Assembly (NCBI GenBank): GCA_963662285.2
Contig: CAXXMV010000003.1
Location: 1 to 64,000 of the forward strand
From: a bacterium
GTDB lineage: Bacteria; Hinthialibacterota; Hinthialibacteria; Hinthialibacterales; Hinthialibacteraceae
Reading direction: 5' to 3'
Length of the DNA: 64,000 bases
This document shows, in pieces, positions 29,563 through 39,288 of this stretch. The notes below the pieces were generated by a model. The model was not told the origin of the DNA and ran no database searches. It was given only the letters and a program-made list of their open reading frames with translations. The position numbers were made by a program, and so were the translations under genes. The stretch's first letter is position 1. Every line of letters starts with the position of its first letter.

Positions 29563-31023
29563 TCATGAAAGACGCGGTTCGTGCGCGTTTAGCGAAATAA
29601 TATCTTCGCGTACATCATAAACCACTCCATTGACTACAGTATATATCACTTGTCCTTGAAGATGTTCATCTCTATATGCAGTATGATAGTGGGGATCGCG
29701 CAATTGCGCCTGTAACTGAGCTTCATCGATCTTGCAGGGTTGGTCGGGGTGAAAAACCGCCAGATTGTTCATCGCACCATCCTGCATGGTTCCAACCGCA
29801 AAAGGAAATGAACAGTACTGAGCCATGTATAAAGAAGGCGCTATCGAGGTCAGCCAATCGATCTCTCCATAAGAGAAGCCATGATTGTGAATCAGATGCA
29901 TGTGAATCGCGTGCGAAAGTTCAATCACCCGTGTTCCGGGGATGCCTGGCATACCATTATCTTTAAATATTTTAGATTCTCTGTTATGCGGCGCATGATC
30001 GGAGCCGATGAAGGTCAATGGATCACGCAGTCGTGCGCAATCACGTAATAATTCAATCAGCTGAGCCTGATCTTTCCTTGAAGGCAGCGCCGGACGCCGA
30101 TAGTTAATGTATCGCGTCTCACGATCCTTGAGCATTTCATAATTGAAATATAGATAATCCAAACCTATTTCAGCGGGTAGAATTATTTCCGTCCCTATAC
30201 GGGAGCGTAAAATCATATCCAAACACGGTCCGGTCGGGATATGTCTGGTTAGAAGACAATGTAATTTTGCTTCAATCGCCAGCAAAAGCGTATCTTTCTG
30301 TATGGCGTATACCGTCCCGCCATCATAATAAAGCGGCTGCAATAAGTAATCAGGAGGATTAACCCGTTGCTTGAATTCAAGCAGAGTTTCATCTGAACGG
30401 CTTTTGTCGTTATGATAAGAGATAATGCCGCCGGGTCGTTCCAAATACATCTGGCGCCGCGCTTCATCTGTTAAATCTGAGCCGCCGAAGGTTGAACCGA
30501 AATCCTTCTCATCCTGTCCATCAATGGGCGGGACTCCCGGTTCCAGGCGCGGCCAGACGTGAGTGAACACCAAAGATTTCTTCCGGTAATGATCATCTAT
30601 TTTACGCCATTTATCTTCACCAACCGGCGCCCAGGGAGTATTGCCCATGGCCCCTGCTAACCACACTCCTCCTTTTAATGCGGCCAGTGAACCGCGAAAG
30701 GCATCATAATTCTGATTGGCCGTTACGATTTTGCCCAGCAATTCTTCATAATTCAAATCTTTGGGGTGATAGGGATCACTCTCAAATTCCTCGCGGGTGG
30801 GGATCACGCTCTCCCGGAAGTGAACATGGGGATCCGCATGCGCCAATGCGATATGAACCTCATCCGGCAATACAATATCGGCGCCGGAGTGTTTACCCAT
30901 ACGGATTTCCAGCGCTTCGCCGGCAGTGCATTTCACCTGCGCCGGAGCAATTTCGCCATCATCCAGATGAAGCTTATCAGTTTGAAATACGATAGTTTCT
31001 TTCATAATGTTTGAATCTTCCAA
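29563..31023 (-). CDS. Divergent amidohydrolase superfamily protein, dihydroorotase-like
   Basis: DPHVHFRE, AALKGG...MGNTP, GSDHAPH and terminal GQVIYTVVNG strand. Confidence 0.7.
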   Translation of the reverse strand: MEDSNIMKETIVFQTDKLHLDDGEIAPAQVKCTAGEALEIRMGKHSGADIVLPDEVHIALAHADPHVHFRESVIPTREEFESDPYHPKDLNYEELLGKIVTANQNYDAFRGSLAALKGGVWLAGAMGNTPWAPVGEDKWRKIDDHYRKKSLVFTHVWPRLEPGVPPIDGQDEKDFGSTFGGSDLTDEARRQMYLERPGGIISYHNDKSRSDETLLEFKQRVNPPDYLLQPLYYDGGTVYAIQKDTLLLAIEAKLHCLLTRHIPTGPCLDMILRSRIGTEIILPAEIGLDYLYFNYEMLKDRETRYINYRRPALPSRKDQAQLIELLRDCARLRDPLTFIGSDHAPHNRESKIFKDNGMPGIPGTRVIELSHAIHMHLIHNHGFSYGEIDWLTSIAPSLYMAQYCSFPFAVGTMQDGAMNNLAVFHPDQPCKIDEAQLQAQLRDPHYHTAYRDEHLQGQVIYTVVNGVVYDVREDIISLNAHEPRLS

Positions 31024-31053
31024 TTTACCGCAGGCAGGATTGGCTATAAGCAG

Positions 31054-31086
31054 GTAGGGTGGGCTAAAAGCGAAGCGTAGCCCACC
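31054..31086 (+). repeat. GTAG-type REP, family B
   Basis: GTAGGGTGGGCTA...TAGCCCACC; relatives at 48121-48148, 49996-50025, 50049-50077. Confidence 0.75.
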
Positions 31087-31313
31087 AAAGCCACCATCGA
31101 AAATACTTATAACACCACCAGATAAAATTATTATAAATATAATCCTGAGAACAACTTAGCAACCGGATCGAATAAAAAATATCAAGCATGATAGCACATC
31201 TATCGTGATTTGCATAATACTGTTTTTATTTAAACCGATTTAACAACTTTAGATGATGGATAGGAAATTAAATGAAGAATAATCTAAAATTAGAATGGAG
31301 TGGGATTTGTAAT

Positions 31314-32174
31314 TTATTTCTCGCGCTTTTTGCCATAATACATACGCTGGCCATTAGTTTTTGGGGCGGCCTCTTTCGCTTTTACTGCAGCACTCGCCTG
31401 AGCGCGATCCGCCGCCAGCTTATGGACAATCTTGTGCAGCAGAGTGACGATTTTTTGAATTGACTCCAATTGACTCTTACGGGATTCTAAAAAATCATTG
31501 AATTTATTGAGTTGATCCATCACCGATGAAAAAGAGATGGCGGCCAACTCAAGTTTATTAAGGTCGCGTTCCACCGCAGTTTTCATAATCTTGGCGGCCA
31601 TGATAAACGCTTCCGGTTTTTTCTGGTTCAGGTTGGAAAGATTCATTTGAATCATGCTGTTAGCTGATGCGGAGAAAGAAGATGCCAGGTCGACTTCATG
31701 GCTAATGATCTCTTTTTGAACTATCAGATGATTGTAGACGCTTATAAAATAATTGGAATAATATTTGATTTCATTCTTATCATTGAGTCGTTGATCTTTG
31801 ATTGCCAAGCGTAGTTTTTGATCAATTTCGAGATGACGATCAGCTTGTTTTTTCGATTCTATTGAATGATCATCAGTTTTACTGTATTCCTTGGCTTTTT
31901 GCGTCCCATTAACGTGTTTGAGTGAACCTTCAGAATAAATCCAGTCTAAATAATTCCGGGTACGGTCAATTGATTTAAGGCATACCATATGACGGTCATT
32001 TCCATCAATCAATAATTGGTTTAATAGGAGTTTTTTCGCTCTGGTTGAGGGTAGTTTAAAACGGGTATCAAGGAAATCTTCCAGATAATCCAGAATCGAA
32101 ATATTGGATAGATCATTGTCGGCCATAAGAGGTATTACCTTAGATGTCGTTATTATTGAATCATTATGATGCAA
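31314..32174 (-). CDS. Hypothetical protein, helical/coiled-coil C-terminal half
   Basis: 286-aa ORF with no recognised motif; start uncertain. Confidence 0.5.
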   Translation of the reverse strand: MHHNDSIITTSKVIPLMADNDLSNISILDYLEDFLDTRFKLPSTRAKKLLLNQLLIDGNDRHMVCLKSIDRTRNYLDWIYSEGSLKHVNGTQKAKEYSKTDDHSIESKKQADRHLEIDQKLRLAIKDQRLNDKNEIKYYSNYFISVYNHLIVQKEIISHEVDLASSFSASANSMIQMNLSNLNQKKPEAFIMAAKIMKTAVERDLNKLELAAISFSSVMDQLNKFNDFLESRKSQLESIQKIVTLLHKIVHKLAADRAQASAAVKAKEAAPKTNGQRMYYGKKREK

Positions 32175-32511
32175 TATAATATGTATCTCATTACAAACAA
32201 TGCATAATCCGGTTTAATAGAGCACAATTTTTTTTATATAATATATGGGTATCTATAGATATTACCCCCTTTGTAATATCATAACATTGGAGAAGCATAT
32301 ATCAAGCCTTTATAAAGTAATATATAATATATATAAATCATTCTTTATGGTGAATTTTTATTATAAGAAGCGTCTGTTAGAGAATTTTTTAGAAACATGA
32401 ATAAAGAATGAATTTATGCAAACCTTCAATATAATCAGGTTACTGTAGTAAACTACTAATAATGTAAACATAATTTTGACAACAGTTCCAAGCATGAAAG
32501 GATAATCTACC

Positions 32512-33636
32512 ATGGTGGACTATCAAGGACCCCGCTGCATTGAAGAGCATGAATTACCTGAACTTATAAATCTACTAAATCTGGTTTTCAGGTCTGATGG
32601 AGGCTGCATGGGGAGCGATTATCCACGGCATGTCGCTATGTCCAACCGCCAAAACGTACGCATCATCACAATGGGCGGCAAGATTGTGGCGCATGTTGCA
32701 ACTTCTGTGCGTCCCATAATCTTGGGCGGCATCCCGACCTACGAAGCGGGCATCGGCGCTGTAGCCACTCATGCTGACGCCAGAGGCCTTGGATTAGCTT
32801 CAATTCTAATGCAGGATGCGGTGGAACGCAGCGTTGAACAAGGCGCAGACATCATGCTCATTTCCGGAGACCTGGGCGTCTACCGGCGCATGCATGCGGT
32901 TGATTGTGGACGTTTCAACCAGGTTAAAATTGACCGGACCTATCTTGAAGCATCCAGCGGTTTTGATATATCACCAGCTCAAGAAAACCATATCGATGAG
33001 ATAATCAGCTTATGGGCTACCCTGCCAACCCGTTATATCCTGCCCCGTGAAGACTGGATTGCTCTATTGGCCTGTAAAAAAACAATGGATAAGCCTTCTG
33101 ATTGGTGGGTAGTGCATCACGACGGCGAACTGTGTGGTATGGGAATAGTCACTCAGGAAAAATCAGGATTAAATCTACTCGATTGGGCTGGATATTCTGA
33201 GGCCTTACAAGCGGCGGCCTCTTTCTGGTTTGATCACTATAAGAATGAATCTCTGACCTATGTCCCGTCATCAGCCAATTTATTACCCCTTTCATGGCAA
33301 AAAGGCAGCCAGGGCCTGCGTACTTTTTACGAAGGAACCGTGTTGGTTATTCAAGCGCAACGTTTCCTGCAAAGAGCCGAATCCTTGATCATTGAACGCA
33401 TTGGTGAAACAGCCTTCGCCGATCTCACAATTGAAGCGCAAGAACAGTCAGCCAGCTTTGAATATAAAGGAGAACGGCTTGAATTGCAGAATGGTGGAGA
33501 ACTGACTCATCTGTTCTTCGGCCATCCCGAAATTGATATTCTATCTGATCGCCTGAACCATGATTCTCCCTTCTATAAAATAATGTCTCAAATATTTCCT
33601 CTCCCCCTGGTTTGGTATGGCGTGGGTTATGTGTAG
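32512..33636 (+). CDS. GNAT family N-acetyltransferase (Eis-like architecture)
   Basis: IGAVATHADARGLGLASILM acetyl-CoA-binding motif. Confidence 0.85.
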   Translation: MVDYQGPRCIEEHELPELINLLNLVFRSDGGCMGSDYPRHVAMSNRQNVRIITMGGKIVAHVATSVRPIILGGIPTYEAGIGAVATHADARGLGLASILMQDAVERSVEQGADIMLISGDLGVYRRMHAVDCGRFNQVKIDRTYLEASSGFDISPAQENHIDEIISLWATLPTRYILPREDWIALLACKKTMDKPSDWWVVHHDGELCGMGIVTQEKSGLNLLDWAGYSEALQAAASFWFDHYKNESLTYVPSSANLLPLSWQKGSQGLRTFYEGTVLVIQAQRFLQRAESLIIERIGETAFADLTIEAQEQSASFEYKGERLELQNGGELTHLFFGHPEIDILSDRLNHDSPFYKIMSQIFPLPLVWYGVGYV

Positions 33637-33664
33637 GGGATTTTTGTTTTTGTGGAGATATCAA

Positions 33665-33700
33665 ATATCAAGAGGCTCAGATATCAAGAGGCTCAGATAT
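33665..33700. repeat. 16-bp tandem repeat
   Basis: ATATCAAGAGGCTCAG twice plus partial ATAT, between convergent genes. Confidence 0.8.
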
Positions 33701-33706
33701 TTGGGC

Positions 33707-35044
33707 TTAAATATTCGGGGAAATTAGTCTTGGCAGCCATAGGATTATATCTTCAGGTAGGTAGGTGATAATCATCAGGGTAACAATCATGGCTGCGTAG
33801 AAGGGAAGCATGGGGCGGATTAATTTTGTGATTGTGGTTCCTCCGACGCCGCAGCCGACGAATAAAACCGTGCCGACTGGCGGGGTGCATATCCCGATAC
33901 ATAAATTGACGATCATTATTAAACCGAAATGGATGGGGTGCATGTGCAGGGTGGAGATGGCGATTTGACTGAAGATCGGGGTGAAAATCAACACCGCCGG
34001 GGTCATGTCCATAAATGTGCCGACGAATAGCAGTATTAGATTGATTATGAAAAGAAGAAGATACTTGTTTTCAGTTAAACTAAGCAGACTGGCGCTGACC
34101 ATTTGAGGCAGTTCGAGGCGAACCATTAAGTTGCCCATCGCTTTGCTGGTTGCTATCAGAATAAAAATGAATGCGGTAGTTACAGCGGTGGTTTTCAGGA
34201 TTTGAGGAAGATCGCTCCACCTGACTTTTTTGTAAATGACAACCGCTAATAGGAACGAATAGATCACTGCGGCGGCGCTGGCTTGGGTGGCGGTGAAGAA
34301 ACCGCAAATAATTCCACCGAGTACGATAACCATCAGGAACATGCTTAGTATGGCGCGTTGAAAACGTTTGACGCTTTCCCACAATGGCACCGCGCCGGTT
34401 GGCTTGACGCCTTTACGGATTGCGTGAACCGCCGCGACCGCCATCAAACCCAAACCGATAATGATTCCCGGTACGAAGCCGCCCATAAACATGGCTGCGA
34501 CATCCACTACCTGTCCGCCGACATCACCCCATGCTACGGCGTATACAATCATGATATTCGATGGAGGGATAACTAAACCCAGGGTGGCTGCTGACAGCGT
34601 TAATGCGGTGCTGAATTCCCGGTTGTATCCTGAGCGACGCATTTCAGGAATCATGAACGCGCCGATGGAACTGGTGGCGGCGGTGGCAGATCCGGAAATG
34701 GCGCCGAATAACATACAGGCGGAAACATTGGCGTAGCACAAGCCGCCGACAACCCGCCCGAATAATACATCAGCGAAATCGATCAAGCGGCGCGCTATGC
34801 CGCCTTGCCCCATCAATAAACCGGACAGGACGAACATGGGTATGGCCAGCAGCGCGTAGGAATCGATCCCGTGCCACATGTCTTTAGCAATTTGCATGAA
34901 GACCAGGTTTGGTCGATCCGGCCAGATACAAAAATAGGACAAGACGGTGGATATGCCTATCGCAAACGCGATAGGGATGTTGTGTGCGATAAGTATAACA
35001 AATGCCGCAATAAGGACGATTGAAGCCAATAGTTCCGGCGTCAT
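33707..35044 (-). CDS. TRAP transporter large permease (DctM family)
   Basis: LAIPMFVL-G, FGAISGSATA, IPPSNIMIVY, TPPVG. Confidence 0.95.
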   Translation of the reverse strand: MTPELLASIVLIAAFVILIAHNIPIAFAIGISTVLSYFCIWPDRPNLVFMQIAKDMWHGIDSYALLAIPMFVLSGLLMGQGGIARRLIDFADVLFGRVVGGLCYANVSACMLFGAISGSATAATSSIGAFMIPEMRRSGYNREFSTALTLSAATLGLVIPPSNIMIVYAVAWGDVGGQVVDVAAMFMGGFVPGIIIGLGLMAVAAVHAIRKGVKPTGAVPLWESVKRFQRAILSMFLMVIVLGGIICGFFTATQASAAAVIYSFLLAVVIYKKVRWSDLPQILKTTAVTTAFIFILIATSKAMGNLMVRLELPQMVSASLLSLTENKYLLLFIINLILLFVGTFMDMTPAVLIFTPIFSQIAISTLHMHPIHFGLIMIVNLCIGICTPPVGTVLFVGCGVGGTTITKLIRPMLPFYAAMIVTLMIITYLPEDIILWLPRLISPNI

Positions 35045-35673
35045 GAATTTCCTCGATCTTTAATTTCCAACTCGGATTCTCCTACCGGCTTGGGGTAGCG
35101 AACGTGGTAGATGCAATAGAACAAATTTAGCGCTCCGGTGATTACCAGGACTAAGTAAAACCATCCTCTGTTTACCGCTTCGATGCCCGGCATTTTTGAT
35201 CCAAGGGAGAAGGCGCGCACTGAAATAAGATACCCGCCTATGACTAAGACAGTTAATGAAAACAGACCGACCAGGGCGGTTGAAATATAATCGAGGATCA
35301 AACGAACTTTAGGCGGGTACAAACGGACTAACGCATCGACGCCCAGGTGCGAGCGCATCCGGAAGGCCAGCGCGCTGCCCAGTATGCCAATCCATACCAG
35401 GATAGTTTGAGAGGCGGTATTGATCGGCGCGGAAGCTTGAGCGACGAAACTCATCACGCCTTCGAGCGTCTTTACGCCAGCCGATTTTTCATTTACCACA
35501 CCGGCAGTGTTTTGGTCTATTCCATAGGCATTGAGCATATTTCCCGCGATGGGTTGAACGATGGCGTTCAAGACGATTTCTGCGGTGATGCTCAGCACCA
35601 TAGCAACCACTAAAACCTGAAGCGCTATCGTGAGAGATTTGTCGAGGATATCGTAAAACCGGCGCAAAGACAT
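35041..35673 (-). CDS. TRAP transporter small permease (DctQ family)
   Basis: Four TM helices, VWIGILGSALAFR--SHLGVD; lies between dctP and dctM. Confidence 0.88.
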   Translation of the reverse strand: MSLRRFYDILDKSLTIALQVLVVAMVLSITAEIVLNAIVQPIAGNMLNAYGIDQNTAGVVNEKSAGVKTLEGVMSFVAQASAPINTASQTILVWIGILGSALAFRMRSHLGVDALVRLYPPKVRLILDYISTALVGLFSLTVLVIGGYLISVRAFSLGSKMPGIEAVNRGWFYLVLVITGALNLFYCIYHVRYPKPVGESELEIKDRGNS

Positions 35674-35699
35674 TCTCCTTGATAAAACCGTATTACGCT

Positions 35700-36695
35700 T
35701 TATTGTACGGCGCGGATTCGTTCAACGTATTGCATTACATCCGAGCCTTTGAATTCATCGTAGATGGATTGAGTCGATGCAACATAGGCGTCTTTATTTT
35801 CAAGATAAGTAAAGGTTACGCCCTCGGCTTTCATTTTTTCGATGTGTCTCTTATTTTCTTCTTTCCATAATTTAATCTGAAATTCTTGCGCAACCGCTGC
35901 GGATTTCATGATAATGTCTTGCTGTTCCGGCGTTAGTTTGTTCCAACGAGCCGCGCTCATCAGTAGAATATCGGGGATGCAAACATGTTCGTCGAACACA
36001 TAGTATGGCGCGATTTTGTAGTGCTGCTGGGTGTAGTAACTGGGGATATTGTTTTCTGCTCCCTGTACTACTCCGGTATCGAGCGCGGTGTACAGTTCGG
36101 AAAAAGCGATTTGTTGGGGTGAGGCGCCCATAGTTTCTATCAGTTTTTGCATCATGACGCTTTTTTGGACGCGAATTTTAATGCCTTTGAGATCATCTGG
36201 ATTCACGACTTTTTTCTTGGTGTAAAAGGAACGCGCTCCTGCATCGAAATAACAGATGCCTTTCAAGTTTTGATCGAGCGCCATATCGAGCAATTCCTGA
36301 CCGATCTCGCCATTGAATACCTTCCACATGTGTTCTTCATCACGGAACAAGTAGGGCAGAGAATAGACTTTGGCCAGTTCGGTTTTAGTTTCGAGTATGG
36401 TGGAAGAAATTTTGGTGAATGCATCGGCGTCGTTGCTGACGTTGTCGCAAAGTTCCTGCTCGTTGCCCAGGGTTCCACCCGGCTGGATTTTGACCAGCAT
36501 GGTTCCTTCGCTGAGCCGCTCCATTTCTTCTGCGAATTTTTCCAGCGCTTTATGAACCGGATGGTCAGTTTTCAAGACATGGGGCAGGCTGAAGGTTGTG
36601 ACTTTGGCGGAGTGGACATCGCCGCCGCATGATATTGTCAGAGCAAGTAATAACGCTATAAAAACGCTAACGATATTTTTATGAATCGGTTGCAT
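35700..36695 (-). CDS. TRAP substrate-binding lipoprotein (DctP family)
   Basis: Lipobox-like LTISC, LPYLF, GARSFY, LKGIKIRVQ, ELYTALDTGVVQGAENN. Confidence 0.93.
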   Translation of the reverse strand: MQPIHKNIVSVFIALLLALTISCGGDVHSAKVTTFSLPHVLKTDHPVHKALEKFAEEMERLSEGTMLVKIQPGGTLGNEQELCDNVSNDADAFTKISSTILETKTELAKVYSLPYLFRDEEHMWKVFNGEIGQELLDMALDQNLKGICYFDAGARSFYTKKKVVNPDDLKGIKIRVQKSVMMQKLIETMGASPQQIAFSELYTALDTGVVQGAENNIPSYYTQQHYKIAPYYVFDEHVCIPDILLMSAARWNKLTPEQQDIIMKSAAVAQEFQIKLWKEENKRHIEKMKAEGVTFTYLENKDAYVASTQSIYDEFKGSDVMQYVERIRAVQ

Positions 36696-36797
36696 CGCAT
36701 TCCCTCGCGTATAGGTTTTACAAAGATATTGTAGATGACCTGCACTATACCATATCTTGGGGATATTTTAAGCGGCTAGAGCAAATGCATTTAAGGA

Positions 36798-37133
36798 TTA
36801 TTCATTCTCCTGCGCGATGAAATCTTCCCGGTGGGGAGTGAAAACATCGAAAATCACTCCTGCTTCAAGAGCGACGACGCCGTGGGGCGTATCCGATGGG
36901 ACGTAATAGGTATCGCCCGCAACGACGGTTTGTTTGCCGCCATTCATTTCCAATTCGAACTGACCTTTGACGATGTAACCAATTTGTTCGTGGGGATGGG
37001 AATGAACGGCGCCTACGGCGCCTTTTTCGAAGGTGAATTCCACTGCCATCAGAATTCCACCGCGTGAAAGGTTTTTTCGCGTTACGCCTGCGCCAGCATC
37101 CAGATGTTTAGCGGAATCATTCTTAACAATCAT
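36798..37133 (-). CDS. Cupin protein, KdgF-like
   Basis: HSHPHEQ...G...PH cupin motifs and DVFTPHREDF tail. Confidence 0.8.
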   Translation of the reverse strand: MIVKNDSAKHLDAGAGVTRKNLSRGGILMAVEFTFEKGAVGAVHSHPHEQIGYIVKGQFELEMNGGKQTVVAGDTYYVPSDTPHGVVALEAGVIFDVFTPHREDFIAQENE

Positions 37134-37289
37134 TTAGATCGTTCCTTTCATTCAATCGCATACCATTTATGTCTCTTGAGTGGTTCATCACTAGACCTCT
37201 TATCATAATCACATGAATTATATATGCTATCCGGTGTACACAGTATCCTTAGATTATAAGAGTAACAATTACTTCGGAGGTGACAACAA

Positions 37290-37934
37290 ATGCTTGATGA
37301 ATCAAAGGAACGGTACTGGCAAAATTGGGATAAAGATGATACTGCAGAACGAATAGATGAGTACTGGTTGAAAAATGAAGCTTCCTGGCGCGAAAATGTT
37401 GTGAGTCATATTAAGAGCGTTTTTGGAATCCATAATCAAATGATCGAGATCGGGTGCGGCAGCGGTTTGATCTACGAAAAGTTATTGGCGCATCAAGTAA
37501 TAACTCCCCAATCCTATATCGGGGGAGATGTAAGTTGGAAAATGCTGGAAATTGCTCGTAGACGATATCCATCTATGGTATTAGCCGGTATGGATATTTT
37601 TAACCTTCCCCTCGCAGACCAGTCTCAAGAGAATGTAATTAATATCCAGGTTCTACATCATCTGCCTCATTATAAGGACGCGCTGAAAGAACTTGTCCGG
37701 ATTACAAAGAAGCGTCTATATATCAATACCTGGCTCGTTAACAATCCAGAAGATGTGATAAATTTCCATGCCTCTGGAGCGGGAGATTCGGAGACTTTTC
37801 ATAATAATTTTTATTCGTTCCAGAAATTCGTGGTGGAGTTAGAGAATATTTGCGGCAACCGGTTAGTGGATGTGAAGGCTCACCAGTTTGCAGAAAAAAG
37901 CATGGCTGTTTATATGGATTTACGTTCAGAATAA
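37290..37934 (+). CDS. Class I SAM-dependent methyltransferase
   Basis: IEIGCGSG, GDVSWKMLEIARRR, VLHHL. Confidence 0.85.
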   Translation: MLDESKERYWQNWDKDDTAERIDEYWLKNEASWRENVVSHIKSVFGIHNQMIEIGCGSGLIYEKLLAHQVITPQSYIGGDVSWKMLEIARRRYPSMVLAGMDIFNLPLADQSQENVINIQVLHHLPHYKDALKELVRITKKRLYINTWLVNNPEDVINFHASGAGDSETFHNNFYSFQKFVVELENICGNRLVDVKAHQFAEKSMAVYMDLRSE

Positions 37935-37982
37935 ATCGTTCTCCCCTCCCGGAATACGGAAGGGGAGATTTTGGATATATGA

Positions 37983-38867
37983 TTAATACAAAGGCCAATC
38001 GCTTAAAGCGGTTGCTTCTAGAAATTTAAGCGATCCCCAATAGTATTCCAGTTCGTGAATCGATTCTTCCAGATTCATTCCCGGATCGTAGAGAAACGCC
38101 GTCCAATAAAGCTGAATCTCTCTGGCTTCTTCATAGAAATCAGCTACCAGGGTTTGCTCGTTATAGACATCCACATCATCAACATTGATATTGAATCCGA
38201 TTGTTCCTCCGGGTTGAGGCGAGCCGATGATATCTAATGCAAAACGCGCTTCCTGCGACCAATCAGCTGTATCGGCGTTGAAGGTGGTTTGAGCATACCA
38301 ATCATCATCAGCGCCATTTCCAAAAGGACGCACTTTTTCACCATATAATTCTGGAGAAACAAAAGGATCTGGAGCATCATCCGATTCAATTCCATAAATG
38401 AATTGTCCGCCGGTCTCTGTTTCCGTAGGATTGCGGGCGGTTTCTGAACGGCTCAGATCGCCGTCAAAGAAATATTCCACCGCATCGTTTTCCCATGTAA
38501 CCGGCAGATCATATTGTATGCGTTTGCCATAGTTAGTGCTGATATAGACGTCATCTGTTACTGATACAGCGATATATAAAAAGTCAGAGTCATACATTAC
38601 GCTGAAGGTATAACTGCAATCTTCCGGTCCATCAATAGAATCAACGTCATCTCCCGATACGCCTAGATTGACGAAATCAACCGTATTAGATTCAGCCCTA
38701 TCCCACTCACCGGGACTTAAGACGCCGTCAATCGTAGGAGGTGATCCTACAAAAATCGCTTCAATCAATTGGTTGCCTTCTGCATCTAATTTCTGTGCAG
38801 AAACATCGGCGGAAAACATAAACAATCCAGCAACAATCATCATTGACAAAATAAATAATCTTCTCAT
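37983..38867 (-). CDS. Exported CBM9/DOMON-like sugar-binding protein
   Basis: Signal peptide; PPTIDGVL--GEW, YD-DFLYIAVSVTDD, WENDAVEYFFD, IGFNINVDD. Confidence 0.8.
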   Translation of the reverse strand: MRRLFILSMMIVAGLFMFSADVSAQKLDAEGNQLIEAIFVGSPPTIDGVLSPGEWDRAESNTVDFVNLGVSGDDVDSIDGPEDCSYTFSVMYDSDFLYIAVSVTDDVYISTNYGKRIQYDLPVTWENDAVEYFFDGDLSRSETARNPTETETGGQFIYGIESDDAPDPFVSPELYGEKVRPFGNGADDDWYAQTTFNADTADWSQEARFALDIIGSPQPGGTIGFNINVDDVDVYNEQTLVADFYEEAREIQLYWTAFLYDPGMNLEESIHELEYYWGSLKFLEATALSDWPLY

Positions 38868-39118
38868 AGCATCTTCTCCCTGATTTTTGATTTATTAAGA
38901 CACGCCTATTCTTATATATTTCATCAACCACGTCTATCCAACTTACGGTTTTAGCTATTGAAATGATTAGCAAAGTGGAGGATAAAACTCCTCCTGCTAT
39001 GTACGATAAAAATAAGCAATTTCGTATACCGATATGGCGTCAATGTGGTTTTATATTTGTAGATGAAGATAAGTATCGTTATCAATTGCTATGTGGTAAG
39101 TTAATTTTCACTATATAC

Positions 39119-39221
39119 AAAAAAAGTGGCCGTCAAAGACGGCCAGGTTGCTCCGTAGAGCAGTGCCTGCGAACTTTTACTCTTGTTACGAAAAGCTCAC
39201 AGACTGAGATAGTTTACAATA
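39119..39221 (-). ncRNA. tracrRNA
   Basis: Anti-repeat at 39185-39220 (29/36 identical to the repeat; four of the seven differences allow G-U pairs), then hairpins TGCTC/GAGCA and TGGCCGTC/GACGGCCA and a U7 tail. Confidence 0.9.
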
Positions 39222-39227
39222 TTAATT

Positions 39228-39256
39228 AAAATAGTGCATAATAAGATTAAAATCAA
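39228..39256 (-). promoter_or_regulatory. tracrRNA promoter
   Basis: TTGATT-N17-TATTTT on the minus strand, placing +1 at about 39221, the start of the anti-repeat. Confidence 0.65.
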
Positions 39257-39288
39257 GTCTTATATACAAATTTTCCGCGGGGGTAATC

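Noticed and set aside
39185-39220. Isolated CRISPR repeat or second mini-array upstream of cas9
   Set aside because: Better explained as the tracrRNA anti-repeat: G-U-compatible changes, downstream hairpins, own promoter
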